Origin: Eledone cirrhosa
Taxonomy: Eukaryota
Assembly: GCA_964016885.1 (NCBI GenBank)
Contig: OZ024742.1
Span: 211,358,001-211,422,000, forward strand
Length of the DNA: 64,000 nucleotides
Direction: 5' to 3'
The notes under the pieces are model-generated. The model worked only from the letters and a program-made list of their open reading frames with translations, did not search any database and had not been told where the DNA came from. Positions 1 to 13,164 of this stretch are shown piece by piece (the stretch's first letter is position 1; every line of letters starts with the position of its first letter). A program made the translations under genes and the position numbers.

Positions 1-404
1 TTACTGGGGAAATGGACATAAAATAAATCATTGTCATCCATTTTTCTATGATGGAATGAACACAAATCTATGATCACTGTGCATTGAATGGTATTGCTGT
101 GTGTCATCTTATTGTGGGTTAATCCTAATTCCTTTTAGATCATATTTATTTTACTTTATTCAATTTTTTTTTATGTATTGTTTTTACAAGCAGCAGTTTA
201 TTAAAATTCACACTATATAATATTGGTAGTGGCTATCTCAACACTTAGACTGAGTAAGTTAGTTACAAATAATTAGAAAAAAACATGCAAATATTGAAAT
301 TAATGAACGGCGGGTGTTGTAGTTTGCTTGAAGCATTGTGTGTAGTTTAGAAAGTAGTATGACAATCCGAAATGGACAGTAAATTTTGAATCCCAGACAC
401 AATG

Positions 405-560
405 TAAAGTGGTTGGTATTAGGAAGGGTATCTAGCTGTAAAAACCAAGCCAAAGCAAAGCATATGAGCAAGACCTAATCACCTGACCAGTCTGGCCTCA
501 GCTGCTTACTTAACCCATTAAAACATGGAAAATAGACATTATATGATGATGATGATGATG
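405..560 (+). mobile_element. RTE-LINE/SINE 3' tail fragment
   Basis: gtaaagtggttggtattaggaagggtatctagctgtaaaaacc...catggaaaatagacatt(atg)n matches the tails at 12680-12817 and 23490-23612. Confidence 0.7.
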
Positions 561-746
561 AAGGCAATGAAATTTACTGTCCATTTCACATTGTCATAGC
601 CTTCAAATAACACACTACTTTAATGAATAGTTTAAAAAGAAAACAAAAATACATGCAGATTTAAATGTTATCACTAATTGGTTAAATAAAGTATGTGTGC
701 ATACACATGTGCTTAATGTACTTATAAAGGGAAAATGTTTACTTAC

Positions 747-807
747 TTGAACTGGAAGATGAAAAGGGTGCAGTCGCAGCAATCTTCTCTACAGCAGACA
801 TTTTTGC
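747..807 (-). CDS. Candidate small host exon containing a start codon (MSAVEKIAATAPFSSSSS...)
   Basis: Minus strand reads ttttttag|GCAAAAATGTCT...TCCAGTTCAA|gtaagt: canonical acceptor and donor, ATG at 801-799, open frame to the donor, unique sequence. Gene not identifiable. Confidence 0.45.
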
Positions 808-2057
808 CTAAAAAATATCAGTAGATCTTAAATATTCTTTTCAACACTAATATAAAAATTATTCAAAATTAATCAAAATAATATATATATATATATATAA
901 TAGAAATAGAAAACAAATGCAAAGTATTTTTCTTTCCAAGTTTATATTGCATATCTTTTATAAAACTACAGAAAATGATTAAATGGTAATGCTCTATAGT
1001 TTAGTTAAGTAAATTAAAACTTTAGTTATTTCAAACAGTTTGAGTAAGCTAAAAGCTTAGTTTATGGAGTTTGTAGGTAAGTGCCCACTAAGGTTTAGTT
1101 TACAGTCCCTTCCTCCTAAGGGAGTTCAGGGCCCAAACGCTCAGAGAGCTTTTCTAAGAAAACAGGGATTGAGCTGAAAGGTCAAAGCCATGAATAGTAA
1201 TTAGTAGTATGGGCTACCTAAACCCAACAGCAATATCAAATCACACAAAAAAACAATAAAATAGGCAAGAAGCTTATGTAGACCGTGCAACACTAAATGC
1301 ATAAACATTGCAATTCTACCTCTGATTAAAAATCAAACCTCCTAATGTTCCCATATATACATATTCATATACTGAATAGTATTAGTAACATTCAAAAAGT
1401 AGCCTTCTTGGATGATTTGCAATGTAGGTGACTAATTTGTTTTGAAAATTAAATGACAGCACAATGTCATGGCTTCATGTTGAATGGAATAACTTTAGGA
1501 ATTGCTAACAGATTATCTCTACTTTTCTGCATAAGTAGATTACAAGTGTATCAGAAGTATGATGCTGAATATCTATAAAACTGAAGCAGTGAATTCAGAA
1601 TATGTTGGTGAAATAGAAAGGGAAAATGTTGATAGAATAAGTTGGTATAAAATGCAAACTCAAGGAACAGGTTGAGCAATATGTTGAAAACAACCCCCAA
1701 ATAAGAAAGTAAAACAAAAAATTGAGAGAATCAGAGCAATCGTTATATAATTCAGCCTCTGAAACGCAATGACAAGATTGAGCTAGATTTCTCAATGTAG
1801 ACATGTCAAACTCATATACACAAGTGAACATTCTGACAAGGTTATTTATTGATGATGATGATAGCAATGTGACACAATGAAACTGTTGGAAGTCAAATGC
1901 AGGTTGTGTTTAATTTTAAAAGTTCCATATAGGCCAACAGGATGCTATAAAGAGTTGGAATTCTATAATTCTATGCATTAGTTCTACATTTGGAAATTGA
2001 AAATAAAAATTTTTTAATCATGAATTTTCAAATATATGTTGTTTTTCAACAGTGCAA

Positions 2058-4155
2058 TGCTGCTGCTTCTCTTTTTCACCCACTGATTCTCAAGAGGGTC
2101 GTGGGGGCATAGCCTTCAAACAATTCTCCCAGTGGGTCCTGTCAGAATCAACCGTTTCCAACTGATCTGAACTCATGGGTGTTATCCAACCATCTTGCTT
2201 GGGGGTCTACCTCTGGGTCTCCTGTCAGTTGGTTTTGCCTGTAAAATCTGTCCAGCAATCATTTCCTGACACATTCTAACCATATGTTCATAGTACCAGA
2301 GCAGTGATCTCTCGTTTTGTAGAAGTAGAGACTACCTACAGCAACACTCCGATCTGCGAATTACGCATTCTATCAAGTAACGTTTCTCCAAAACCTATCC
2401 TAGCTGCTTGTATTCATGATTATATTCTTTCAGTCATTACCCAAGATTCATGACCATTGGTAAGGGCTGGCATGAATACTGAAATGAAGATAGCGAGTTT
2501 GGCTTTTACACCCACCTCCATTCTCCTGAAGCTGGCATATTACTGCACCAGCTCCTACAATTCTTGCACTTAATTCAGCCTCCTGCCTTCCATTACTTGT
2601 GAACATGACCTCGAGATACTTGAAATTCTCCACCTGCTTCAGTGGAACTCCATTCACATGTAGAGTACAATGTGCAGGCTTCCTTGAGAGTTTTCGCAGC
2701 ACTAATTTTCATTACAGGCATGCAGCACTTGGCATCAAACCTATCAAGTGCAAGTTAGAGAGTACCTTTTGTTGAGTTAAATAATACTGTGTTGTCTGCA
2801 AATTCTACACTTGTCAGTCGTGATACCACTTAAAACACGACTGCACGTCAATCCTGCTCATGAAAATAATGAACAATGCATCCTTAGTGGAGTCCAACTC
2901 CCACATTGAATGGTTTTGATTAGCACCATTTATCGCTGTGCCGCGTCCATGGTGAAAACCACACTGTTCATCAGCTAGCTTGGACTTGACAATCTCCCTA
3001 CATCTCTTTGCCAGATTGAAGCATAGACTTTTCCGGAGGAGGCTTAACAAGGAGATCCTTCTATAATTAGAGCAATCTTTCATCTCCCTTTTTGAAAATT
3101 GGGATTATCACTCCCAATTGCCATTGCTTAGGTACCTTTCCCAAGATCCAGGACACCTGGCACACATAAGTCAGCCAGAGAATATGTTCTCTATTGAAGG
3201 CTTTCATCTTCCCCAATGGACTCGCCACATTTGAGCTCTTTAATTGCTCTTGTGACCTCATCATTTCCAGATGCAGCTACTGTGATTGGGTTTAGGAGAT
3301 CAACAAAGTATTCTCTTCACCTCATGAAGACTACCTCTCTGGAGAGAGAACCCCAGACGCATTCCTGGTGTGGAAGAGGGCTTTTTATTACAAAGTCAGT
3401 GGATGGTCTGCCAGAACAGTTTATTTACTGATCTGACATCGGATTCCAGCTTAACCCCAGTCCTTTACTGTCTCTGCTGTGATTCTTCATACCTGCTTTT
3501 ACCATAAGTGCAATAAAGAGGTCTTATTTCCAAGCCAAGCTTTGTAGGTCTTCTTCTTTGCTTGGATGGCATCTTTGACCCCTTGATTGAACCAAAGGAT
3601 CCTACCGCCATCTGGTGCCACATCAAGCCACTTTCACCCGTAGCATTTAACAGCTGGAGCTGAACAATCTCCACTCCATTTCAATTCTCTGAATTTGGAT
3701 GCAATAGTATCTGCATACTTGGTCCGGACTTGCTTATCTACCAATGCTCTCATTTTATCCTGTAGATTGACCTGGACCTACCAGTTTTGTGGGCTTCATT
3801 GGCTTTAGTTAGTGTCAAGTTGCAGATAAGTAGATGGTGATCAGTTCACAGTTCAGCCCCTCTCTCAACATGATCATCCAGCACAGAATCGAAGAGATCA
3901 GAGATAATAGCAAAATCAATTATTGATCGCTGTCCCTGGTTCTCCTTATACCATGTACATTTATGGATGTCTCTGTCGGAAGGTGTTCATAATTGGGAAT
4001 CCATTGCTAGAACAAAAGTCTAAGGCTTCTCCATTCGTATTTATATCGGGATCGCCAATATATAACTCAGTCTTTACTACATCTAATGCTGCAGTGACTT
4101 CATCAAGGAAAGATCTGTATTTGGACTCCTTCATTAGTACATAAACTTGCACCAC
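2058..4155 (-). mobile_element. Decayed RTE-clade LINE, family A (endonuclease and RT, many stops and frameshifts)
   Basis: ORF fragments CSNYRRISLLSL, EQCGFHHGRGT, LKQVENFKYL and LDFCSSNGFPIMNTF; homologous to 6830-8805 and 24170-25338. Confidence 0.9.
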
Positions 4156-4563
4156 CCGCGGGTTTGAGAAAAAACAAAATTGGTGACAGGCGCGAATATG
4201 ACGACCAAAACTGCAATATGGTGAGAAGTAAGAAAAAGAACCATACCACATCGTCCTTCACACAGGTAACAAGGGACGCGTTCAGGCCTACTGTAGAGGG
4301 GCCTATTCGAAAAATATATTGCAATCTTCATTTCATGCCATAAAAACTGATGATGGGCCTGCGACTTGTCTTGGTAGGCGTGGGCTAGACGCACAACGAT
4401 TGCGTATCAAGTGACCCCAAAGAGGGTTCGGAAGGGAGCAAACCGTAACAATTGGAACATCACAACAGGAAAGGAGCAGGAACTAGTGCAGGAGGCTACA
4501 TGCTACCGGTTAGATATAGTCGGGGTTTCCTCAACAAAGTACCGTGGCTCTGGTACTGTAGAA
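4156..4563 (+). mobile_element. Inverted 5' segment (5' UTR and APE N-terminus) of the same RTE LINE
   Basis: Plus strand at about 4449-4563 reads NWNITTGKEQELVQEATCYRLDIVGVSSTKYRGSGTVE, an APE N-terminus in the opposite orientation to the element body. Confidence 0.75.
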
Positions 4564-4999
4564 GGCTATGATTGATGTATAATAAAAACAAAAATCAATT
4601 TTACACATGGAAAAGACCTACATACTAACCCCACCTCCAACATTACGTCACTGCCGAAACATTTTACGTCACTTGCGACACTGTTTATTAAAGTGAGATT
4701 GGGCGATAGTTAAATGTTGGGAAAAATTTAAATAATCTGTATAATCGAAATATCAATGAAAATTTTTTAAAATAAAATTTCCTTGACCAGACATATATCA
4801 TTTTTATAGTATTCATTGAGAACACATTTCATTACATCAAGAGCGTTAAATTTGATTTTGAAGTAAACATGTATATCTAACTTTAAAAATATTTATTATT
4901 AAAATGTTTTCAACCAACATGAAAATGATAGCATAACTAATAAACAAAAAAAATTTCTCTAAAAAAAAAATACTCATTAAACAATAACTATAGAACAGC

Positions 5000-5430
5000 A
5001 CATTACCCAAAATGCAACACTGCTTCCGTATATTCAGTTTAAGATATAATTTTCTTAAATATATTTAAATTAAATATGAATATTCATAAAAATTAAATAC
5101 AAAATAATCGCTCATAAAAATTTTGTATAAAATTATTATAAATAATTATTAAAAACAAAGTATAAAATATTCGTCGAAACCAATACACAATTAGAGCTTG
5201 AATAATAAACACATAGTAATGTGAAATTATAAAAATCAATGAAAATTACATACCTATAAAATGTGCTAAAATATTTCACATATAGACGACCATTTCACAA
5301 CCCATACATTCTTTGTTATCTACTTAGCATTGTTAAAAAGTTGCAAAAGAGAGAACTTGAACCGAAGATATATGCTAGCAATCTGAAATAGATTGACACA
5401 TGATCTCTTTCTATTGTAGACTTCCGGTAA
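5000..5430 (-). promoter_or_regulatory. Possible promoter and non-coding first exon
   Basis: ETS-like ACTTCCGG at 5420-5427, minus-strand donor ag|gtatgt at 5253-5248, Staf/ZNF143-like TTACCCAAAATGCA near 5003. Motif evidence only. Confidence 0.25.
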
Positions 5431-6329
5431 TACAGTTTTGTGAAATGTATGCACTCTACATAGTTTACAGCATATACTTTATGCAACTATAATTTTGTTT
5501 TCAAATTAATAATCTCAATACGGTTAATTTAAAAGAATTCGAAAATGACTATAAAATCAAATCATATTTCAAATTAACTTCTGGTTCTAAAAAAAACAGC
5601 TTTAATTTGATTAACATTTAATAGTACGTTTTAAAATTAACCCCTACAAATTAAGTGAATGGCTATAATAAACAATTCCTACAAGATATACTAAAGAACA
5701 TAGAATCACATTAAATGACACATAAATTCACAATGTTCATGATTAATTACTAGGTACATATTTCTCTTTTGAATATATTTATTATACCCTCAGCATCGAA
5801 TACTAAATAAGAATGCATTTTAGTAACAAGTCACGTAAACACAGTAAAGCGTGGTCTGTATAACGAAGTTATGTCCCTTTGTTTGACCTACTTTGAACTT
5901 AGTATATAATCACGACCTTATTTGCAACTGACTGGCTTTATATCGATAACGAAAACTAACTTTATAAGCAATATCACATATATTGATGTTGTGAAACGAA
6001 TTATATAGATAAGGAATACGGTGCCACTTTTGCTTTGTCAAAATTTTCTAACATAGCTTAGTGACCAGCGAACAATTTGTTTAGACGACATAATGTGGAC
6101 GACTTTACATAGTTCCTTTTTTCCGTAGAATTATGTTCCTCTTATTTTTTGTTTTCTTTTACATAGATTTTCCTTTCGTCATAACTGGAATCATCGTTAT
6201 AATCTCACACGCACATTATATATACACACACATACTTATAGGCGGTGCTCCAGTATGGCAGAAGTCTGACTGAAACCAGTACAATAATTAAAGAATATAT
6301 ATATATGTGTGTGTGTATGTATGTATATA

Positions 6330-6373
<44 letters not shown>

Positions 6374-6829
6374 GCATACCACCCATCAAAAATGACGTTT
6401 CATCGTAAAAAATATTCAATATATTTTTTTTTCAAATAGAATTTATATTTTATTTAAGAAACGAGGCCAGCTACTAAATGGAACAGAAGGGGGGGGGGGG
6501 GAAGGACCGAAAGATCAAGCAACAAAAGAGAGGGAGAGGTACACCAGTCTCAGCAGTGCCCCCCTCCCTTCGCGGTAAAACGACAAAAGAGTTACCGCGA
6601 AAAGTGGCCAGAGACACTCGTACTCACAACCACTCCACCTCACGGGGCTTCCTCCTCAAACAGGCCACCATCTTTCTGATTTTATAGAGGAAATCGGCGA
6701 AAGATGGCAGAGGTCTAAACGGAGACTGGTGCAAAGCAGATACAGTCGATCAGGTATTTGACTGTCTTCCGCATTGCAGGCAGTGGAGATTGGGTTCTCC
6801 CATTTGTCAAATCCGGCCATTGTCGAATT

Positions 6830-8805
6830 TAATTTTACAGTTATCTGAGAAGCATTGGTGGATAAGGAAGTCAGGACCAGGTATGCAGATACTATTGCAT
6901 TCAAATTCAGAGAACTCCCTGTGGGGATTGTTCGGCACAGCAGTTTCTGCTCCAGCTATTAAATGCTGCAGGCAAAAGAGGCTTGGTGTGGCACCAGATG
7001 GCAGGAGGGCCCCTTAGTTGAATCAAGAGGTCAAAGATGCCATCTGAGCAAAGGAGGCTTACAAAGCTTGGCTTGGAAATAAGTCCTTCTTGCACTTGCG
7101 GTACAAGCAGGCACAAAGAACACAGCAGAGACAGTAAAGGCATCCAAAGTTAAGACGAGAGAGAGGACTTTCGGGTTAAGCTGGAATCCGACTTCAGATC
7201 AGCAAATAAAGTGTTCTGGTAGACCATCTGCCAACTTCGTAATAAGAAGCCCTCCTCCACACCTGCTATCAAGAACGGATCTGGGTTCTCTCTTCAGAGA
7301 GGTGTATCCTCGCAAGGGTAAGGGAATACTTTGCTGATCTCCTAAACCTGATCACAACAGGTACATCTGGGAGCGGTGACTAATTTCTCAGAAGTTGAGG
7401 TCATAGGAGCTTAAATGTGGAAAGGCCACTGGGAAGGATGAAATACAACCCTAGATGTTACAAGACTTACATGTGCCGGGACCTGGATCTCTGGAAAGGC
7501 ACCTAAGCATTGGCAATCTGTAGTAGTAATCCAAATTTTCAAATGAGAGATTGTTCCAATTACAGAGGGATCTCCTTGTTAAGCCTCCCTGATAAAGTCT
7601 ATGCTAAATATCTGGCAAAGAGATGTAGGGAGATGTCAAGTCGAAGCTAGCTGTACAGAGCGGTTTTCACCCTAGACACAGCACAGTTGACCAAATATTC
7701 ACACTGCGGCAAGTTTTCAAGAAATCGTGGGAGTATTGCCAAGAGGTATATGACCATGCTCCTCGAGACCTGCTGTGGTAGGTTCTGCAGGAGTATGGGA
7801 TCGATGATCAGCTTCTTGTTGCCCTGATGTCTCTATATAAATACTCGAGGATTTGTGACAGATAAATGATGCTAAATTAAAATCATTCAATGTGAGAGTC
7901 AGACTCCGCCAAGGAGCATACAGTCACCACTCCTGTTCATTATTTGCATGAACTGGATTGACATGTGCAGCTGGCTCGGAGTGGTATCATGACTGGTGGG
8001 TGGTAAAATCAATCGGCTAGAATTTGCAGATGGCATGCTGTTACTTCATTTGACAGAAGGTTATCTCCGACTTACACTCAATAGGTTTGATGCTGAGTGC
8101 TGCATGACTGGAATGAAAATCAGTGCTGTGAAAACTGAGACACTCGTTTTCTCAAGGAACCCTGCGCAGTGCACTTTACATGTGAATGGAGTTCCACTGA
8201 AGCAGGTAGAGAAGTTCAATTATCTCGGAGCTGTATTCACAAGTGATGGAAGGCAGGAGGCTTAATTAAGTGCAAGAATTGCAGGAGCTGGTGCAGTAAT
8301 ACCCCAGCTTTAGTATTCAGTAATCAGAAGAATGAAGGTAGATGTAAAAGCCAAACTCACTATCTTCAATTTGGTATTTGTGCCAACCCTTACCTATGGT
8401 CATGAATCTTGGGTAATGACCAAAAGAATACAATCACGAATACAAACAGCCAAAATGGGGTTCCTCTAAAGGGTCTTTGGAGTAACATTACTCAATAGAG
8501 TGCATAGCTCGGAGATCAGAGAATCACTCCAGGTGGAGCCGCTACTTCTCTGAATTGAGAGATCACAGCCCCTATACTTATGGGCATGTAGTTTGAAAGT
8601 CTCAGGAAAGAATCACTGGACAGATTTTAGAGGCAAAGCCAACCAGCAGGAAACCCAGGGGTAGACCCTGAACAAGATGGTTAGATAACATCCATGAGCT
8701 TGGCTGGTTTTGCTTGTGGATCCAGCCGGATCAGTTGGAGACAGCTGTTTCTGACAGGACCCATTGGAAGGAGTGTTTGACTTTCTCAGGATTAAGTAGG
8801 TGGGG
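6830..8805 (+). mobile_element. Decayed RTE LINE family A, 5'-truncated
   Basis: INRLEFADGMLLL...LKQVEKFNYLG (7996-8265); colinear with the copy at 2058-4155. Confidence 0.9.
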
Positions 8806-8960
8806 GAAGGGGGAGAAGATTCATTTAAATCAATTACAATAATTTTAATCATTATCAAACATATCTACACTAAATTATGATGACCTACATATCTCTTCGG
8901 ACTGTTAACAGGATGTTCTTTTCCAAAAATAGATACATAGGTAAATATATGTGTGTGTAT

Positions 8961-9160
8961 ACGAGTCCTGGGTTCAATCGGGGGTAACCATAATTAGTAA
9001 GCTACTCAATACATTAGTAAAGTGTAAACATCAAGTTCAATACAGAAATGGCTTCTACATGACTAGAATTGTTTCATTCAAAAGAAATCACCAGGAAAGC
9101 CCCAATGATTTCTTTTGAATGAAACAGTTCTAGTCCTATAGAAGCCATTTCTGTATTAAC
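8961..9160 (-). mobile_element. Fold-back PLE-like mini-element, hammerhead family H1 (core mutated to CTGGTGA)
   Basis: Inverted arms span 9039-9157; the reverse tail ...tgtattgagtagcttact...acccccgattgaaccc matches 34110-34165. Confidence 0.7.
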
Positions 9161-9161
9161 T

Positions 9162-9192
<31 letters not shown>

Positions 9193-9524
9193 TACACACA
9201 TACAGTGAGAGAGAGAGATAAATAGATAAAATGTTAGGTAGATAAGATTTTTATTGTCCTATGATAGATAACAGTTGATGAACACTAACCTGCTTGTCAA
9301 CACTGTGATAGAGAGGATATCAAACTACCATTTTTCCGACAAAGATAGCACAATGGTTGTCATGTGACCATTGTGTTCTCTTACAAAGATACACACAGAT
9401 AAATGTTAACTTAAAGTAAGCTGCATCAAGATAAGTTTTTTTTGTATGCTTATTGCTATATAAAGAAAGGCAGAAAAAGTGAACAGTATCATATATTAGT
9501 TTAATGCTTGAAATAGCTAATGTA

Positions 9525-9584
<60 letters not shown>

Positions 9585-9604
9585 GATATATATATATATA
9601 TATA

Positions 9605-10480
9605 TGATTTTGCAGTGAAACAGTAGAGATTAGCATGGAAAGCTAGGAAAAATGGGGCATCAAAGAAGAATATCAAGGAGCTAAAGAGGAAAGGATAGAC
9701 ATCAGGTTTACATAGCACAAGAAAAGCTGAAAGCAAAGTGTTTACTAATGACCACAGGCATGAGATAATCTGCATTACAAAGCAGCTGTGTCAGCGTAAA
9801 TCCAGATGGTGATAAGGTGGGGAAAAGTGTGTTTTGAATAACACCAGTACAGTTAGCTTTACTGATTCTCAGAAGAAAATGCCTTGGAATCATTAAAAGT
9901 TGATGAATGTAGAGGGTGAATGGAGAAGAGAAGGATTACTCCCAGTAGGCTCAACAGAGGAACTGGCTGCCGAAGTTGACAGTTTTTATAACATTGTGAT
10001 CTGAAAACAGGAAAATCTGCTGGACTGTCAGAGTTAAGTCACTAAAATACTGAAATCATCTGGTGAAGGAGGACTAGAACTAGTTACTCACATAGCCAGT
10101 CAAGTAATACATGATAGGATCATGACTGATATAGCAAGATAATTGTTAACTGTTACAAGGGAAGAGGTGATGTTCTAGAAATCAGATGAGATGTAGTTTC
10201 GGATTTTGTGCCAGGAAAGAGCACCACAGATGCCCCCTTCTTAGTGAAACAAGAGAAATTACTAGCTAAAGTGTAAGCTGGTATACCTAGCTTTCGCTGA
10301 TCTAAAGGATTTTTGACAGATTACCACAATGTTTTCTCTGGTGAACCTTAAGGAAACTGGATGTAGATGAGTGGCTTGAGAGAATAGGCAATGAGTTCAT
10401 TGTGCAGGTAGGTGTTCATCAGGGCTCTGTTCTTGACCCACTTGTTTATTATAGTTATTCAGATCATAACAGAGGTTGTA
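9605..10480 (+). mobile_element. Highly decayed RTE LINE, family B
   Basis: Colinear similarity to 21330-22340 (for example ggtgttcatcagggctctgt and ctagctttcgctgatcta). Confidence 0.7.
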
Positions 10481-10569
10481 GTAATGGGGATGGTGGCAGT
10501 GATGGTTGTGATAGTGGCGAGAGAAAATCATATGTGGTAATATAGTAATAACTGATAGATTACTTGAAA

Positions 10570-10790
10570 TCATCATCTTCATTTTCTATATGCTTTCCAT
10601 ACTAATATGGCAGCATGGGCAGATCATCATGTCATGCCTTGTTCTTTTGTTCCATACTTTTGCATGGTTTCTATGACTGGATGCCCTTTCTAATGATAAC
10701 CACTTTACAAAGTGTACTGGGTACATTTTATTGAGGTCTGAGTCCTTGCTACCCTGTACTGTATTAATGCCAACCAAACCACTTTGAACA
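10570..10790 (-). mobile_element. RTE/SINE 3' tail fragment
   Basis: (cat)n...ttctatgactggatgccctttct...cactttac is the reverse complement of the shared tail. Confidence 0.65.
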
Positions 10791-10839
10791 TTTTTTTAAA
10801 TCTTTGGAACGGACTGATAATGATAGCACTAACTGTTTG

Positions 10840-11120
10840 GATTAGCAGTATCAGTAGAGCGTCAGACACCATGCTTTGCAGCATAGAGTTATGGCCCTTT
10901 GCTTTCTGAGTTCAAATCCTGGCGAGTTTAACTTTGGCTTGTGCCAAAAGTACAAACAATTATTAGCAGAATCAGTAGGGCATCAAACACCATGCTTTAC
11001 AGCATACAACTCTTAGAGGGTCGATAAAATTGAGCACCAGTAATACACTGGAGTTGATTTAATTGACTTTTTATTCCCCCAAATTGCTGGCCGTGTGCTT
11101 AAATCAGAAATCAGTATTAC
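10840..11120 (+). mobile_element. tRNA-derived SINE, family S2 (head partly duplicated)
   Basis: B-box-like gagttcaaatcc plus gggtcgataaaa..accagtaa; related copies at 30168-30352, 35940-36070 and 51850-52020. Confidence 0.65.
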
Positions 11121-11419
11121 CTACATCATTATTTTTATGTCCACTTTTCCATGCTGGCATGGGTGAACAGGACTTTTTGAAGCAATGTTCTACAACCAGA
11201 AGCCCTCCCTGACACTAATCCTTTTAGTCGTTTCTTATGGCTCACATGGATATGGTGTAACTGTTCTAAACCAAATACACATGGATTACAATAAATGGCT
11301 TCCTCTGCATATGCATAATACACACTTATATCCATTCACATACATATAAGAATAATGCCAGGCATATTAGTCAAGTCATTAGAACAACAAATGGTATTTT
11401 CTCTGCACTTTGAGATCAA

Positions 11420-12420
11420 AGACAAACATGAAAAGACTGGGGGAAATGACAGCAAAAAATAATAAAGTAACTAGAAGGGAAGCCAAAAGGAGGCTTAGGC
11501 ATGAAGTGTTCTGGATTGTGAGATAATGTGTCAGTATGAATTAAGATGTTGGGGCAAAGCGTGTTTGAAACAACACTGATACACTTAGGATTGGAAATGT
11601 TACTAGAGTAAGTTGCTGAATGTGGAGAATGAGTGGGAGGAGGAGTAACTATTCCCAGTAAACCCAGAGGAACCAGCCACTGAGGTTGAAGTCTATATGA
11701 TTAAAGGATGTAAAGAAAGGAAAAGCTGCTTAGCCATCTAGGACAGCCACAGAGAGGTTGAACATTTTGGAGCTAGGACTTTTAGATAGGTTGTCAATGG
11801 GAACTACTGTATGCAAATTACCAAGTTCTTATAGCTAGAGACTTACATAGTCAACCATGTAATATGTGATGGTGTCATACCCAATGAATGATGAAGCAGT
11901 ATAATTAACTGCTACAAGGGCAAACGTGTTGTTCTAAAAAGGAGCAACTCCAGAAACATCAAACTTGTAGAAAAATGTTTTAACACAACTCATTTAGAGA
12001 AGCCCTTTAAAAGAGTAACCTAGACTTTAGCCTGGTGAGCTAAGAAAACTAAACCTAGATTAATGGCTTGTTAGAGTAGTTCAAGCCATGAACAGACGCC
12101 CTAAGTAAAGTGAGAGTTGGCAATAAGTTCAGTGAAGAAATTAGTATGTAGATGGGTGTGTGGTCCTCAGTCCTATCATATTCATTATAGTTCTCCAGCA
12201 AGGGAACTAACTACTGTATGCAAATGACCTAGTTCTTATAGTTGAATCTAGAAAAAGAAGTTCCAGATGTGGAAACAGAATCTAGAATTAAAAGAACTTA
12301 AAGTAAACTTAGTAAGAACAAAAAGTTTAGTAAATAAGGACGGCCCTGTTGTCACCAGAGAAATGGCTGTGCATGATATGCAGAAAAGGAGTAGTATAAA
12401 ATGGGAGTCACTTATATATG
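11420..12420 (+). mobile_element. Highly decayed RTE LINE, family B
   Basis: WKQNLELKELKVNLVRTK, corresponding to WKHGLESKGLKVNLPKTK in the 22130-22576 ORF. Confidence 0.7.
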
Positions 12421-12427
12421 AGTGTTT

Positions 12428-13164
12428 CGGCGGGGTGGTCAGACATCCCGTCTAATTGGATTTAATATACTGGCACATGGAAGCACATGGCTTAGTGGTT
12501 AGAGCATTGGCCTTTCAATCGAAAGGTTGAGTTCAATTCTCAGACCGGGTGATGTGTTGTTTCCTTGAGCAAGACACTTTATTTCACATTGCTCCAGTTT
12601 ACTCAGCTGTAGAAATGAGATGATAGGGACTGGGGTCCCTATCATTCCACTGCAAAGTGGTCGTGGAGGTGCCACGGCAAAAAAGCACCCAGTACTCACT
12701 GTAAATGAGGTTGGTGTTAGGAAGGGCATCCAGCTGTAGAAATCAAGCCAGCATCAATTCCCGTCCCACCCTTGCAAGCAGGGAAAAGCGGATGTAAAAT
12801 GAAATGATGAATGATGATGGTCAAACAAGGAAGAAGGAACATACCTCAATATTATGTTATGTGAACATTTTAATTAGAGCAATTAAATAATATAGTTAAA
12901 TACATCAGTGCTCCTACCGCATGGCGTGATATCGCTGTTTGGGTCACTGCGTGGAAACACGTCTATCACACCATGCGGTCGCGGCATAATACAATTATTG
13001 ACAATTACCCAACCTAGGAGCAATGATGTATTTTAACTATATTATTTAATTGCTCTAATTAAAATGTTCACATAACATAATATTGAGGTATGTTCCTTCT
13101 TCCTTGTTTGACCATGTGCCAGTATATTAAATCTAATTAGACGGGATGTCTGACCACCCCACCG
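12428..13164. repeat. Long fold-back element (about 150-bp arms) interrupted by a SINE, with an inner hairpin
   Basis: 12428-12480 plus 12817-12916 is the reverse complement of 13015-13164; inner hairpin at 12916-12979. Confidence 0.85.
12479..12817 (+). mobile_element. Full-length tRNA-derived SINE, family S1 (Meta-like core, RTE tail)
   Basis: A box tggcttagtgg, B box gagttcaattc, core tccttgagcaagacactttatttcac, RTE-like tail and (atg)n; near-identical to 26717-27065. Confidence 0.9.

Noticed and set aside
1400-1900. Purine-rich, coding-like stretch on the plus strand
   Set aside because: Multiple stops and no recognisable domain.
4345-4400. CTGATGA in the RTE 5' UTR
   Set aside because: No downstream GAAA or stem III.
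12479-12550. tRNA-like sequence
   Set aside because: It is the head of SINE S1 and continues into the core and tail; not a tRNA gene.
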